From positions 1,600,001 through 1,664,000 of the forward strand of contig OZ219753.1 in assembly GCA_964291315.2 (NCBI GenBank): a stretch of DNA of 64,000 bases, read 5' to 3'. The notes under the pieces are model-generated. The model saw only the letters and a list, made by a program, of their open reading frames with translations, made no database searches and had not been told where the DNA came from. This stretch comes from Candidatus Poribacteria bacterium (GTDB taxonomy: Bacteria; Poribacteria; WGA-4E; WGA-3G). Each line of letters begins with the position of its first letter. Within the stretch, counting starts at the first letter, position 1. The position numbers were made by a program, and so were the translations under genes. Below, piece after piece: positions 41,494 to 49,887 of the stretch.

Positions 41494-41994
41494 ATGAAAC
41501 CTATTCTTGCATTGATACTCTTGTGTGCCTTCGCCTTGCCAGCGTTTACGGAGTTAACAGATACCGATGTTGACAAAATCCGCCTGCTTATCAATGAAGA
41601 ACTCAAACCGATAAAAGCGGACATCGAGGAGCTAAAGGCGGATGTCGAGACGCTAAAGACCGAGGCGGCGGTAGTCCGAACAGAAATCCAACATCTGAAA
41701 GGGACTCTCAAGATCGGTTTGGAAACGAATCAAAAGAACTTTGACAGCAAGTTTGAGAGTCTCGAGAAGAACTTTGACAGTAGATTTGAGAGTCTTGAGG
41801 ATAACTTTGATCGGCAAAATAACATTATTATTGCGTGCATCGGTATCCCGTTGGCGATACTCGCTATCGGTGGGACGGTGTGGGGCATCTTAGCAAACAG
41901 AAGGATCCGCAAAGACCAAACTCTCGAGAGGCAGGTTCAGACGCTCACAGAAGAACTCGAAGCCATGAAACGGCAACAGATCGTCCGCCCCTGA
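41494..41994 (+). CDS. Signal peptide - coiled coil - TM - coiled coil protein, paralogue 2 (extended stalk)
   Basis: Near-identical to paralogue 1, plus 33-nt repeats encoding KNFDSKFESLE/KNFDSRFESLE. Confidence 0.8.
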   Translation: MKPILALILLCAFALPAFTELTDTDVDKIRLLINEELKPIKADIEELKADVETLKTEAAVVRTEIQHLKGTLKIGLETNQKNFDSKFESLEKNFDSRFESLEDNFDRQNNIIIACIGIPLAILAIGGTVWGILANRRIRKDQTLERQVQTLTEELEAMKRQQIVRP

Positions 41995-42068
41995 GAGCCT
42001 TTGTTTCCGCGCTTTCCCCGCTACCTCAAATCAACTGCGACACCGTGTGATAAGTGGTTTGGTGTCTT

Positions 42069-42428
42069 TCATCTGCGTTTGAATCTAGTTTTTGCTCCCG
42101 CCCTGGGTTTAGGATAAAACTTGCGTTGTCTGTTTTCTTGAGACTTACGTTTTTCCGTAGCGGTGCCTCTCTTTCGACTTTTTGGGGGCCGCGTATGGAC
42201 TGCCTGATGACATGTGCGACACAGTGCAGTCAAATCTGACCTCCGTTCATTGTAGATGCGCTTGTAGGTTTCGTGATGTACTTCTGTGGCGCGCGCGTTA
42301 CACCGGCGGCACCGGAACCCAGCGGTTTGTAAAACAGATTTTCGCTTTGCTTTCCATGTATCTGATTTTAGATACCGACGGTAGCGCTCCTGCGCTTTCT
42401 TCCCCCAATACTTTTGTGCCCATTCCAT
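42069..42428 (-). CDS. Small HNH endonuclease-like protein with basic tail
   Basis: YLKSDTWKAKR...CRRC...EVHHETY...DLTALCRTCHQAVH. Confidence 0.75.
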   Translation of the reverse strand: MEWAQKYWGKKAQERYRRYLKSDTWKAKRKSVLQTAGFRCRRCNARATEVHHETYKRIYNERRSDLTALCRTCHQAVHTRPPKSRKRGTATEKRKSQENRQRKFYPKPRAGAKTRFKRR

Positions 42429-42530
42429 TTGATACTACTTCATAAAAACTTCCCCTTGAGAATCGCCGCCAATTTCTAGCTGCTTTTCAATACTTTGCCG
42501 AATAGCCGTCGGCGTGCGGAGAGTGCTAGA

Positions 42531-43592
42531 CTAAACCTCACCGTCCCAGTAGCTAAGACTTGGGTCTTTCCGGTAAATTTTCCCGAGTGCATAGGGCAAG
42601 ACCTTGTTTGAATCCGGATATTCGCTAATATCGTGCGGTGTAGTGGTTCCGAGCATAAATAACACGGCTGGTGTGTCGCTGTTATTTACAAATTTATGTG
42701 CACCGGTTGTGCCGGGCGGGAATGCGATGAAATCCCCGGCTCTTACTTCCGCGTCGCCACGGGGGGTTTTGAGGGTGCAAGTACCTTCCATGACATAGCA
42801 CATCTCTTCCCCGAAGTTGTGAAAATGCATCGGGAAGCTCATCTTACCCGGTAGGAGCCGGATGACGCGATATCCCAAGTTCTTGCCGCCAATGAGCGGG
42901 TCAATGTCTTTATCTTCAAAATCATACGGGGGCGGTGCATTTTTATCCTGCCACTCTATTTCATCGATATGGATACGGTTGATATAGATGTCTCGGCGCG
43001 CCTGCAGGCAGTCAACGAGGGGTTGGCGTGCATCTTTAAAGAGGGAGTGTCCGTCGCCAACAAGGATACTGTTAAACCGGAGCGCCAAAATCTTACGGAG
43101 TTGGAGTGCAGCTTTAGACGGGGCGCTCAATTTTTCATCGGAGAGTAATGTCAAGGCCCCCATCGGTTCGCCTACGACTAGATCCCCGAACAGAACTGCA
43201 CCTTTCTTGGGGAAGTAGAGTGCAATCTCGCCAGGGCTTTTTCCATACTTGAGATGGATCGCGTGGAGGCCTGGGACAATAGTCTCTTGGTGCTGTATTG
43301 TCCTGGTTGGTTTCATACTCAGTGCCATGGCCTCAGCCTCATGCACAATCACGTCTGCGCCTGTCTGCTCTTGAAAAAATGCGGTTTCGCGTTCGTGATC
43401 TGCATTCGTCAGCAGGATCGACTTCGCGCCGCCGAGTGCTGTGAGGTGTTCTTGGTCAGCAGCGGACATGGCCACCGGGTCTATGAGGATATTCCCGTCG
43501 GGGCGTACCCACAAGTGCCCGTTAAAATCTACCTGTCGCTCCGGACTAAAGACACTCCAGCTGTATATATCTTCAAAAATTAAACGTTTCAT
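42531..43592 (-). CDS. Degenerate metallo-beta-lactamase-fold domain fused to cupin domain
   Basis: LIDP, LTNADHER, LFGD, VGDG; cupin PMHFHNFGEEMCYVMEG...FPPGTTGAH...EYPDS. Confidence 0.78.
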   Translation of the reverse strand: MKRLIFEDIYSWSVFSPERQVDFNGHLWVRPDGNILIDPVAMSAADQEHLTALGGAKSILLTNADHERETAFFQEQTGADVIVHEAEAMALSMKPTRTIQHQETIVPGLHAIHLKYGKSPGEIALYFPKKGAVLFGDLVVGEPMGALTLLSDEKLSAPSKAALQLRKILALRFNSILVGDGHSLFKDARQPLVDCLQARRDIYINRIHIDEIEWQDKNAPPPYDFEDKDIDPLIGGKNLGYRVIRLLPGKMSFPMHFHNFGEEMCYVMEGTCTLKTPRGDAEVRAGDFIAFPPGTTGAHKFVNNSDTPAVLFMLGTTTPHDISEYPDSNKVLPYALGKIYRKDPSLSYWDGEV

Positions 43593-43612
43593 TGTCGCAT
43601 GCCCGCATAGCG

Positions 43613-44155
43613 TTAGTTGCTAGGCGGTCCCTCCTTTGAGACAAACCCGTAAACTTCAAGTTCGTGGACAAACGCTCTCCCCAATGCTATCTGCGGTACG
43701 ATTGCCCCACGCTTCGGATCATATCTGTTAGCCTTCTTTTTATCGTCGGTAGTGCCACTGATGTAGACACGGATTGCGTTTGTCACAACGCCGCTGACAC
43801 GCATCTCAATGATTTGACTCTCGTTGTTCTGAATTTGCTGAATTGCCCGCCAACGTCCCTCGCCCTCCAATTTTTCGTATACCATGGCATTTATGATGTT
43901 AGTTCCGCGGATAGTGATTCTATGAATCGCCTTTTGCGTTGGCAGGTTTAGATGTATCCATCTTCCAGAAGCGTACCCCCTCGTCTTTACGTCACCATCT
44001 ATCATTTCTGGCGAAGTACAAGTGACTCCTTCTGTGATGGCGTAGTTGTAAAATTCCTGGGGTTCAAACAAGACCTGCAGCGCCTTGGATTGGCACCCTG
44101 AAAAGATAACGATCGTGCAAATTGCTGATAAGATATAGATGTAGTAGCGCGGCAT
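43613..44155 (-). CDS. Putative lipoprotein
   Basis: Lipobox-like IFSGC; beta-rich body ending VHELEVYG; GGAGG RBS. Confidence 0.65.
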   Translation of the reverse strand: MPRYYIYILSAICTIVIFSGCQSKALQVLFEPQEFYNYAITEGVTCTSPEMIDGDVKTRGYASGRWIHLNLPTQKAIHRITIRGTNIINAMVYEKLEGEGRWRAIQQIQNNESQIIEMRVSGVVTNAIRVYISGTTDDKKKANRYDPKRGAIVPQIALGRAFVHELEVYGFVSKEGPPSN

Positions 44156-44339
44156 CTGTTCCCTCCGTTATCCATTTCTGCTCTTCGAAGATAGTATACC
44201 ACAGCTCTCTTTTTCTGTGAAGCAGCATTTTGTAGCGATGTTTCGGTTGTGGTTGTCCACCTATTAGGGCTTGGAATATGAGAACGTTGTTTTAAAATAG
44301 AAGATGTGGTATAATAATTACTGTAAACATGGATTTCTA

Positions 44340-44370
44340 CGAGGGGCGCGGTTTTCTAAAGCGCCCCTCG
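44340..44370. repeat. GC-rich palindrome in a gene leader (REP-like)
   Basis: CGAGGGGCGC-11 nt-GCGCCCCTCG. Confidence 0.5.
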
Positions 44371-44396
44371 GATTGGGCCCTAACATAGGAGGAATT

Positions 44397-45434
44397 ATGT
44401 ATAAAAGCGCGATTTTGGGTTGTCGGGGACGAGCACGCGGGCACGCTCGCGCCTATCAACACGTTAAGGGCGGCACGCTCGCCGCTATCTGCGATATGAA
44501 CGAAGAACTGCTCAACAACTTCGGAGACGAATTCGGGATTGATGCCCGTTATACCGACCTTGATGAGATGCTTTCGAAGGAAAAACCCGACCTGCTACAC
44601 ATCGTTACTGCACCGGTCTTACGCGGCAGCAACGCGCGGATCCGTTACCCGCTTATGAATCAAGCGTCCGAGCACGGCGTGCCTGCAGCAATTGTGGAAA
44701 AGCCGATCGCTGTAGAGAGCGAGGACTGGCGACAAATTTCCGAACTCGCTGAACGCACGCAAACAAAGTTCGTCGTCAACACACAGCTCAATTTTCACCC
44801 CCAAAACCTCGCTCTCAAACGGGATGTGGCGGAAGGTAAAATTGGGGCCATTAAATTTATTGAAGCAAGTGCACGCAATCCGCCCGTCGATCAAGCCCCA
44901 CATGTGCTGCAACTTGTGTCCTCTTATATTGATAACTCCCGTCCGGTGAAGGTGCAAGGACAAATCTCCGGCAGCGGGCAATTGGACTCGGCGCAACCTT
45001 CGCCCGCGAACGCTACAGCACTCGTCACCTACGCAAACGGCGTGCAAACCTCACTTGCATTCGGTCCAGAGATGGCACCCCGTGTGCTGCCGGACACTTC
45101 AAACAATAGACATAAACGCGTCTGTGTATTCGGGGAAACCGGGTTCGTTCACTGGCGATTTGAGAGCTGGGAGCGCCACCTCCCCGCAACCGGATACGAA
45201 GGTGGAGACCTGAATTACGGCGCACAGGACATCATCGCACAAGGCGGACTTACAGAAGCGGTCTTCGAATGGCTTGACGATGAAAACAAGGTACATCCGA
45301 CGCATCTCAAACAGTCCCTGGCTGAGTTTAACTTGCTGCTGGGTATTTACTATAGCGGTTTGACGAACACCGTCGTGGAATTGCCCTTTGATCCGCCTGA
45401 TGGGATGATCGGTATGTTCAGAGAGCGGCTTTAA
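44397..45434 (+). CDS. Gfo/Idh/MocA family oxidoreductase
   Basis: AILGCRGRA, AICD, KPDLLHIVT, VEKPIA; AGGAGG RBS. Confidence 0.85.
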   Translation: MYKSAILGCRGRARGHARAYQHVKGGTLAAICDMNEELLNNFGDEFGIDARYTDLDEMLSKEKPDLLHIVTAPVLRGSNARIRYPLMNQASEHGVPAAIVEKPIAVESEDWRQISELAERTQTKFVVNTQLNFHPQNLALKRDVAEGKIGAIKFIEASARNPPVDQAPHVLQLVSSYIDNSRPVKVQGQISGSGQLDSAQPSPANATALVTYANGVQTSLAFGPEMAPRVLPDTSNNRHKRVCVFGETGFVHWRFESWERHLPATGYEGGDLNYGAQDIIAQGGLTEAVFEWLDDENKVHPTHLKQSLAEFNLLLGIYYSGLTNTVVELPFDPPDGMIGMFRERL

Positions 45435-45505
45435 AATTCGCAATTTCGATAAGCCACGCCTACTCAAAATGAACCCGAATTCACGGGTATAGAGGTATTC
45501 CTCTG

Positions 45506-46657
45506 GTGAACAACATTATCTACATGGACAACCATGCGACAACCCCGATCGCCCCGGAGGTATTGGAAGCGATGATGCCTTACCTCACAACGCATTTCGG
45601 CAACGCTTCCAGCACACACCGGTTCGGCACGACAGCGAAGGACGCGGTAGAGAAAGCACGCCATCAAATCGCCAGATTGCTCGGATGCTCGGCAGGTGAG
45701 GTCTTCTTTACCAGCGGTGCAACTGAATCGGACAACCTCGCCATCAAAGGAGTCGCCTACGCTTGTAGAGAAAAGGGGAACCACATCATCACAAGCACAG
45801 CAGAACACCATGCCGTCCTCGATGCATGCCACGCATTGGCAGCAGACGGGTTTGAGACTACATATCTCCCCGTAGACAGATACGGACAAGTCAACCCTGA
45901 TGATGTGGAGGCGGCGATAACACCCCAGACAACTCTGATGAGTTTCATGTACGCAAACAACGAAGTCGGCACAATAAACCCGATACCTGATATTGCGGCT
46001 GTGGCTGCCAAACACGGGGTGCTTTTCCATTCAGATGCCGTGCAAGGGATTGGGCAGCTGCTATCAGATATGAAGAGACTCGGTGCAGATCTTGCCTCCC
46101 TGACCGCACACAAAATTTACGGTCCAAAGGGCATCGGTGCACTTTACATCCGTCAAGATCTCCCTCGACTGCATTCGCTTTTTCACGGCGGCGGACAGGA
46201 ATCACGGGTTCGCCCCGGCACCTTGAACGTCGCCGGGATTGTCGGTTTGGGCGCAGCGTGTGAACTTGCTAAAGATTATATAGCATCACCGAAAAGTTGT
46301 ATATCAACGTTACGCGATACGCTTCATCAAAAGTTAGAGACGCACTTAGAACGGGTTCATCTCAACGGACACCCCGAACAACGGTTACCAGGAAATCTGA
46401 ACCTCTGTTTTGCCGGTGTGCAAAGTCATGCTTTACTGGCAGGATTAAAAAACGTTGCAGTGTCAACAGGTTCAGCATGTGATTCGGAGTCGGTGAAAGC
46501 GTCACACGTTCTGAGCGCAATGCGGGTCCCGAACGAATTGGCATTGACTGCCGTCCGTTTCGGCTTGGGGCGCTATAACACGCCTCAGGAGGTGGATGTG
46601 GTTGTAGATGAAGTCGTACGGGTCGTTAATCGAGTGCGTGCATTGGCACCCGAATGA
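45506..46657 (+). CDS. iscS: Cysteine desulfurase (IscS/NifS group I)
   Basis: YMDNHATTP, FTSGATESDN, HSDAVQ, HKIYGPKG, STGSAC. Confidence 0.9.
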   Translation: MNNIIYMDNHATTPIAPEVLEAMMPYLTTHFGNASSTHRFGTTAKDAVEKARHQIARLLGCSAGEVFFTSGATESDNLAIKGVAYACREKGNHIITSTAEHHAVLDACHALAADGFETTYLPVDRYGQVNPDDVEAAITPQTTLMSFMYANNEVGTINPIPDIAAVAAKHGVLFHSDAVQGIGQLLSDMKRLGADLASLTAHKIYGPKGIGALYIRQDLPRLHSLFHGGGQESRVRPGTLNVAGIVGLGAACELAKDYIASPKSCISTLRDTLHQKLETHLERVHLNGHPEQRLPGNLNLCFAGVQSHALLAGLKNVAVSTGSACDSESVKASHVLSAMRVPNELALTAVRFGLGRYNTPQEVDVVVDEVVRVVNRVRALAPE

Positions 46658-46680
46658 TAAAGTCGCCAAGTCAAACTCTT

Positions 46681-46830
46681 AAAATCTTTTCAGAATGGCC
46701 TGCCGCTAGCTCCTAGCGACGGATCCTAATTTGGATATCAGTCTCGGCAATAATTGGCATCTTTTTCGGGCTGTATCCGGCTTTAAAAGCCTCCTCACTT
46801 TCACCGATAGAGGCACTTCGCGCCGATTAA
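46681..46830 (+). pseudogene. Remnant 3' end of a MacB/FtsX-type ABC permease
   Basis: KIFSEWPAASS*RRILIWISVSAIIGIFFGLYPALKASSLSPIEALRAD* aligns with the C-terminus of 47105-48409; internal stop, no upstream body. Confidence 0.8.
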
Positions 46831-47104
46831 TTCCGATGCAAACCCACTAAACCTATTCTGTTTAATTACGTCTAAAAATCAATTGAAAGTTGGCCATCTG
46901 GTAAGACGTAAGAAATAAATGAGTACTTCACTCTCCGGTGCGGAGTGTCTAATTAATCCTAAACCTTACCATAAATTGTGGGCATAGGGACGTGCAAAGC
47001 GCATCAACAGATAAGAAATTTCACGAAGAGAGTGAACTTTATTATCGCGTTATTTGTCTAACCTATCAAACGTAGTATTATACTATTTAATTAGGAGGCA
47101 GGAG

Positions 47105-48409
47105 ATGCGTATATTTGAAGGTTTCTCTGTAGGTGTTTCTGCTATTCGTAGCAACAAAATGCGGTCGTTACTGACGATGCTCGGTATCATTATCGGCGTT
47201 GCCTCGGTACTTGCGATGATTGCTATTGGCGATGGTGCGAAGGCGATTGTCCTACAAGATGCTCAGAAATTAGGTGGTGTGAACCAATTTACGATGTACC
47301 GGAGCAGTCACAAACGGGTGAAGAATCGCTGGGTGCCGAATCGTAGCAATGAGTACTTTGAGTACGACGATGTATTGGCAATTGAGGCGGAGTGTCCGTC
47401 TGTCGAGTTGGTTGTTCCGCGCATCCCTGAGTGGCGCGGTATTCTTGTGCAAGCTGCCGGTGGAGCTGAACACCGGACCGGCTATAACGGCGTAAACGCT
47501 TCGTTTGCAGAAGCAATGGATTGGGGCATTCAACAAGGCCGTTTTATTTCGGATGAGGATATAAGCAACGAATCGAAGGTTTGCGTGATTGGTTCTGAGG
47601 TGGCGGCTGCTCTATTTAGCAAGACCTCGCCGCTAGGACAAGAAATTAAAATCGGCAAAGGGTCTGGTGGACGCTTCGATCGTTACGGTAGGCGGGATCA
47701 AAGACGGATAACCGAGCGTTTCACTGTTGTCGGTACCATGGAAAGCCGGGGCCGAAGCCTCCGATTCGGCTGGAATTTAGACGATATGATCTTTATACCG
47801 CTTACAACAGTCCAGGACCGTTTCACCGGAAACGATAGAATCGTTATGCTTTCCGTTCACGCGCATACTGTAGAGGAAGTGCCGCAAGCGATAGAAGAGG
47901 TAAAATCAGTTCTTCGGAAACGACATAAAGGTCAAGATGATTTTTTTTCTATCTGGGATATGCGGGAAGGCATGGCGCAGTTGGATAAAATCAGTCAAGT
48001 GATAAAAATTGCTTTAGGGAGCATCGCCGGATTCTCGCTACTTGTTGGCGGCATCGGTATCATGAACATGATGTTGGTTGCCGTAACGGAACGCACACGC
48101 GAGATCGGTTTAAGGAAAGCAGTAGGCGCGAAACGCCACGACATTCTGTTGCAGTTTTTAATAGAAGCTGTCGCGATGTGTAGCGTCGGCGGAGCATTGG
48201 GGGTTCTCGTCGGTATCTTTGCCGGCGAAGCGATGGCAATGCTCGCTGTCAACATTGTCAAAATTGTGCCTGAATGGCCCTCCGTTATCTCAACAGAGTG
48301 GATACTCATTTCTGTATCCTTCTCAGCGGTAATCGGTATCTCCTTCGGGCTGTATCCGGCGATAAAGGCTTCTGCTCTCGCTCCGATTGAGGCACTCCGT
48401 ATCGATTAG
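47105..48409 (+). CDS. MacB-like ABC transporter permease (MacB_PCD + FtsX)
   Basis: RSLLTMLGIIIGVASV, GGIGIMNMMLVAVTERTREIGLRKAVGA, GLYPA..A..L.PIEALR. Confidence 0.93.
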   Translation: MRIFEGFSVGVSAIRSNKMRSLLTMLGIIIGVASVLAMIAIGDGAKAIVLQDAQKLGGVNQFTMYRSSHKRVKNRWVPNRSNEYFEYDDVLAIEAECPSVELVVPRIPEWRGILVQAAGGAEHRTGYNGVNASFAEAMDWGIQQGRFISDEDISNESKVCVIGSEVAAALFSKTSPLGQEIKIGKGSGGRFDRYGRRDQRRITERFTVVGTMESRGRSLRFGWNLDDMIFIPLTTVQDRFTGNDRIVMLSVHAHTVEEVPQAIEEVKSVLRKRHKGQDDFFSIWDMREGMAQLDKISQVIKIALGSIAGFSLLVGGIGIMNMMLVAVTERTREIGLRKAVGAKRHDILLQFLIEAVAMCSVGGALGVLVGIFAGEAMAMLAVNIVKIVPEWPSVISTEWILISVSFSAVIGISFGLYPAIKASALAPIEALRID

Positions 48410-48421
48410 GAGGAAATCTAA

Positions 48422-49738
48422 ATGAATCTGTTTGAATGTGCCATCTTAGGCATTTCCAGTTTGCGGCGGAACCCACTTCGTTCTTCCCTAACGATCTTAG
48501 GAATCATCGTCGGTGTCGCCTCCGTTGTCAGTATGGTATCCGTCGGCGACGGGTCAAGTGCGATGGTGTTGCGAGAGATCGAGCGGACAGGCGGCACCAA
48601 AATGATTGAGGTCTATAAGGACGAATGGGATAAGCAGTCAGGCACTTTGAGCCGAGCAGCTGGATCCACTGTGCATAGCAAGGGACGATGGCGAAGAAAC
48701 CGCGCTGAGGACCTGGAAACCGAGGACGCTTTTGAGATCCTGAATCACGCACGCGGGGTTGTCAACGTGGTTGCGGAAGACGATATGGGCGGATGGACGG
48801 TAAATTACAAGGGACGCACGAAGGAATCTCGCATCGTCGCATCAACTGCTGGATATGACCAATCGCACAATTGGTATCCTTCCAATGGTAGATTTTTCAG
48901 CGCTGAAGAGGTGGAAACGGCAAGTAGCGTCGCTGTGATCGGCGCTAAAGTTGCGGAAGAGGTTTTTCTGGGTGAAGATCCGGTTGGAAAAGAGATCAAA
49001 GCTGCCCGTCCGTCTTATTGGCGTGGCAGAAGAGGACTCTATGAGGTGCGGCTGAAGGTTATCGGCGTGATGGAAGAAAAAGGCGATGCCATGGACACCT
49101 CCGGTTGGGACGACCGGTTTATCATTCCGATAACCACACTTCAGCAGCGTTTCAAAGGCCGCGAAGACGTGGAACGTATCCGCATAGAAGCAGCAGATGT
49201 GAGTACAATTCCGATTGCAATCGCAGATGCCAAACGGATCTTAGGAAGACAACACAATAACACGGGTGAAGAATACAACTATTGGACTGCCAGCGAGGAG
49301 CTCGCAACCGCTAATAGAGTCGGCTTAGTGATGAAGGCCTTGATGGGCGGAATCGCTGGGATCGCCCTGATGGTTGCTGGCATCGGGGTGATGAACATCA
49401 TGCTAGTTTCCGTTACCGACCGGACGAAGGAAATAGGATTGCGGAAGGCACTGGGAGCAACCCGCGGCGATATTCTGACACAATTTCTGATCGAATCTGC
49501 GGTATTGACCCTCTCCGGTGGCATTCTCGGGGCAATCTTAGGCATTTTTATGGGCCGTGGTACCGCGGCACTCATTTCTAAGTTTGTCTGGGAGGGCAGC
49601 AACTGGCCCTCAATCGTCTCATTTGGCACAATGCTGATTGCGTTAGTGGTTTCAGTCGCTATTGGCATTTTTTTCGGGTTGTATCCAGCTAACAAAGCGG
49701 CGAAACTCACGCCTGTTGAAGCACTCCGGTCCGATTAA
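48422..49738 (+). CDS. MacB-like ABC transporter permease
   Basis: RSSLTILGIIVGV, GIGVMNIMLVSVTDRTKEIGLRKALGA, GLYPANKAAKLTPVEALR. Confidence 0.93.
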   Translation: MNLFECAILGISSLRRNPLRSSLTILGIIVGVASVVSMVSVGDGSSAMVLREIERTGGTKMIEVYKDEWDKQSGTLSRAAGSTVHSKGRWRRNRAEDLETEDAFEILNHARGVVNVVAEDDMGGWTVNYKGRTKESRIVASTAGYDQSHNWYPSNGRFFSAEEVETASSVAVIGAKVAEEVFLGEDPVGKEIKAARPSYWRGRRGLYEVRLKVIGVMEEKGDAMDTSGWDDRFIIPITTLQQRFKGREDVERIRIEAADVSTIPIAIADAKRILGRQHNNTGEEYNYWTASEELATANRVGLVMKALMGGIAGIALMVAGIGVMNIMLVSVTDRTKEIGLRKALGATRGDILTQFLIESAVLTLSGGILGAILGIFMGRGTAALISKFVWEGSNWPSIVSFGTMLIALVVSVAIGIFFGLYPANKAAKLTPVEALRSD

Positions 49739-49887
49739 TATAACCGAGCGTGCTATTCGAAATAGCCTTGAACACAACATCCGGGGCGGCGTTCCACAGA
49801 GTGCCGACCCCGATGAGACGGTGCCCGTCTCTGCTAAGCTCTTGAGAGATCGGGCATCAACGAACATTCTCATAGGAGGGATTAGCC

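Larger units (their letters stand above)
40826..41994 (+). repeat. Tandem duplication of a promoter + gene unit
   Basis: GGTATCGCTG.TGTTTGGCTG...TTGACACTAGGGTGCTGATATGGTTAACTAT...AAAGGAGACCGCCGATGAAACC occurs at about 40826 and about 41389. Confidence 0.9.
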
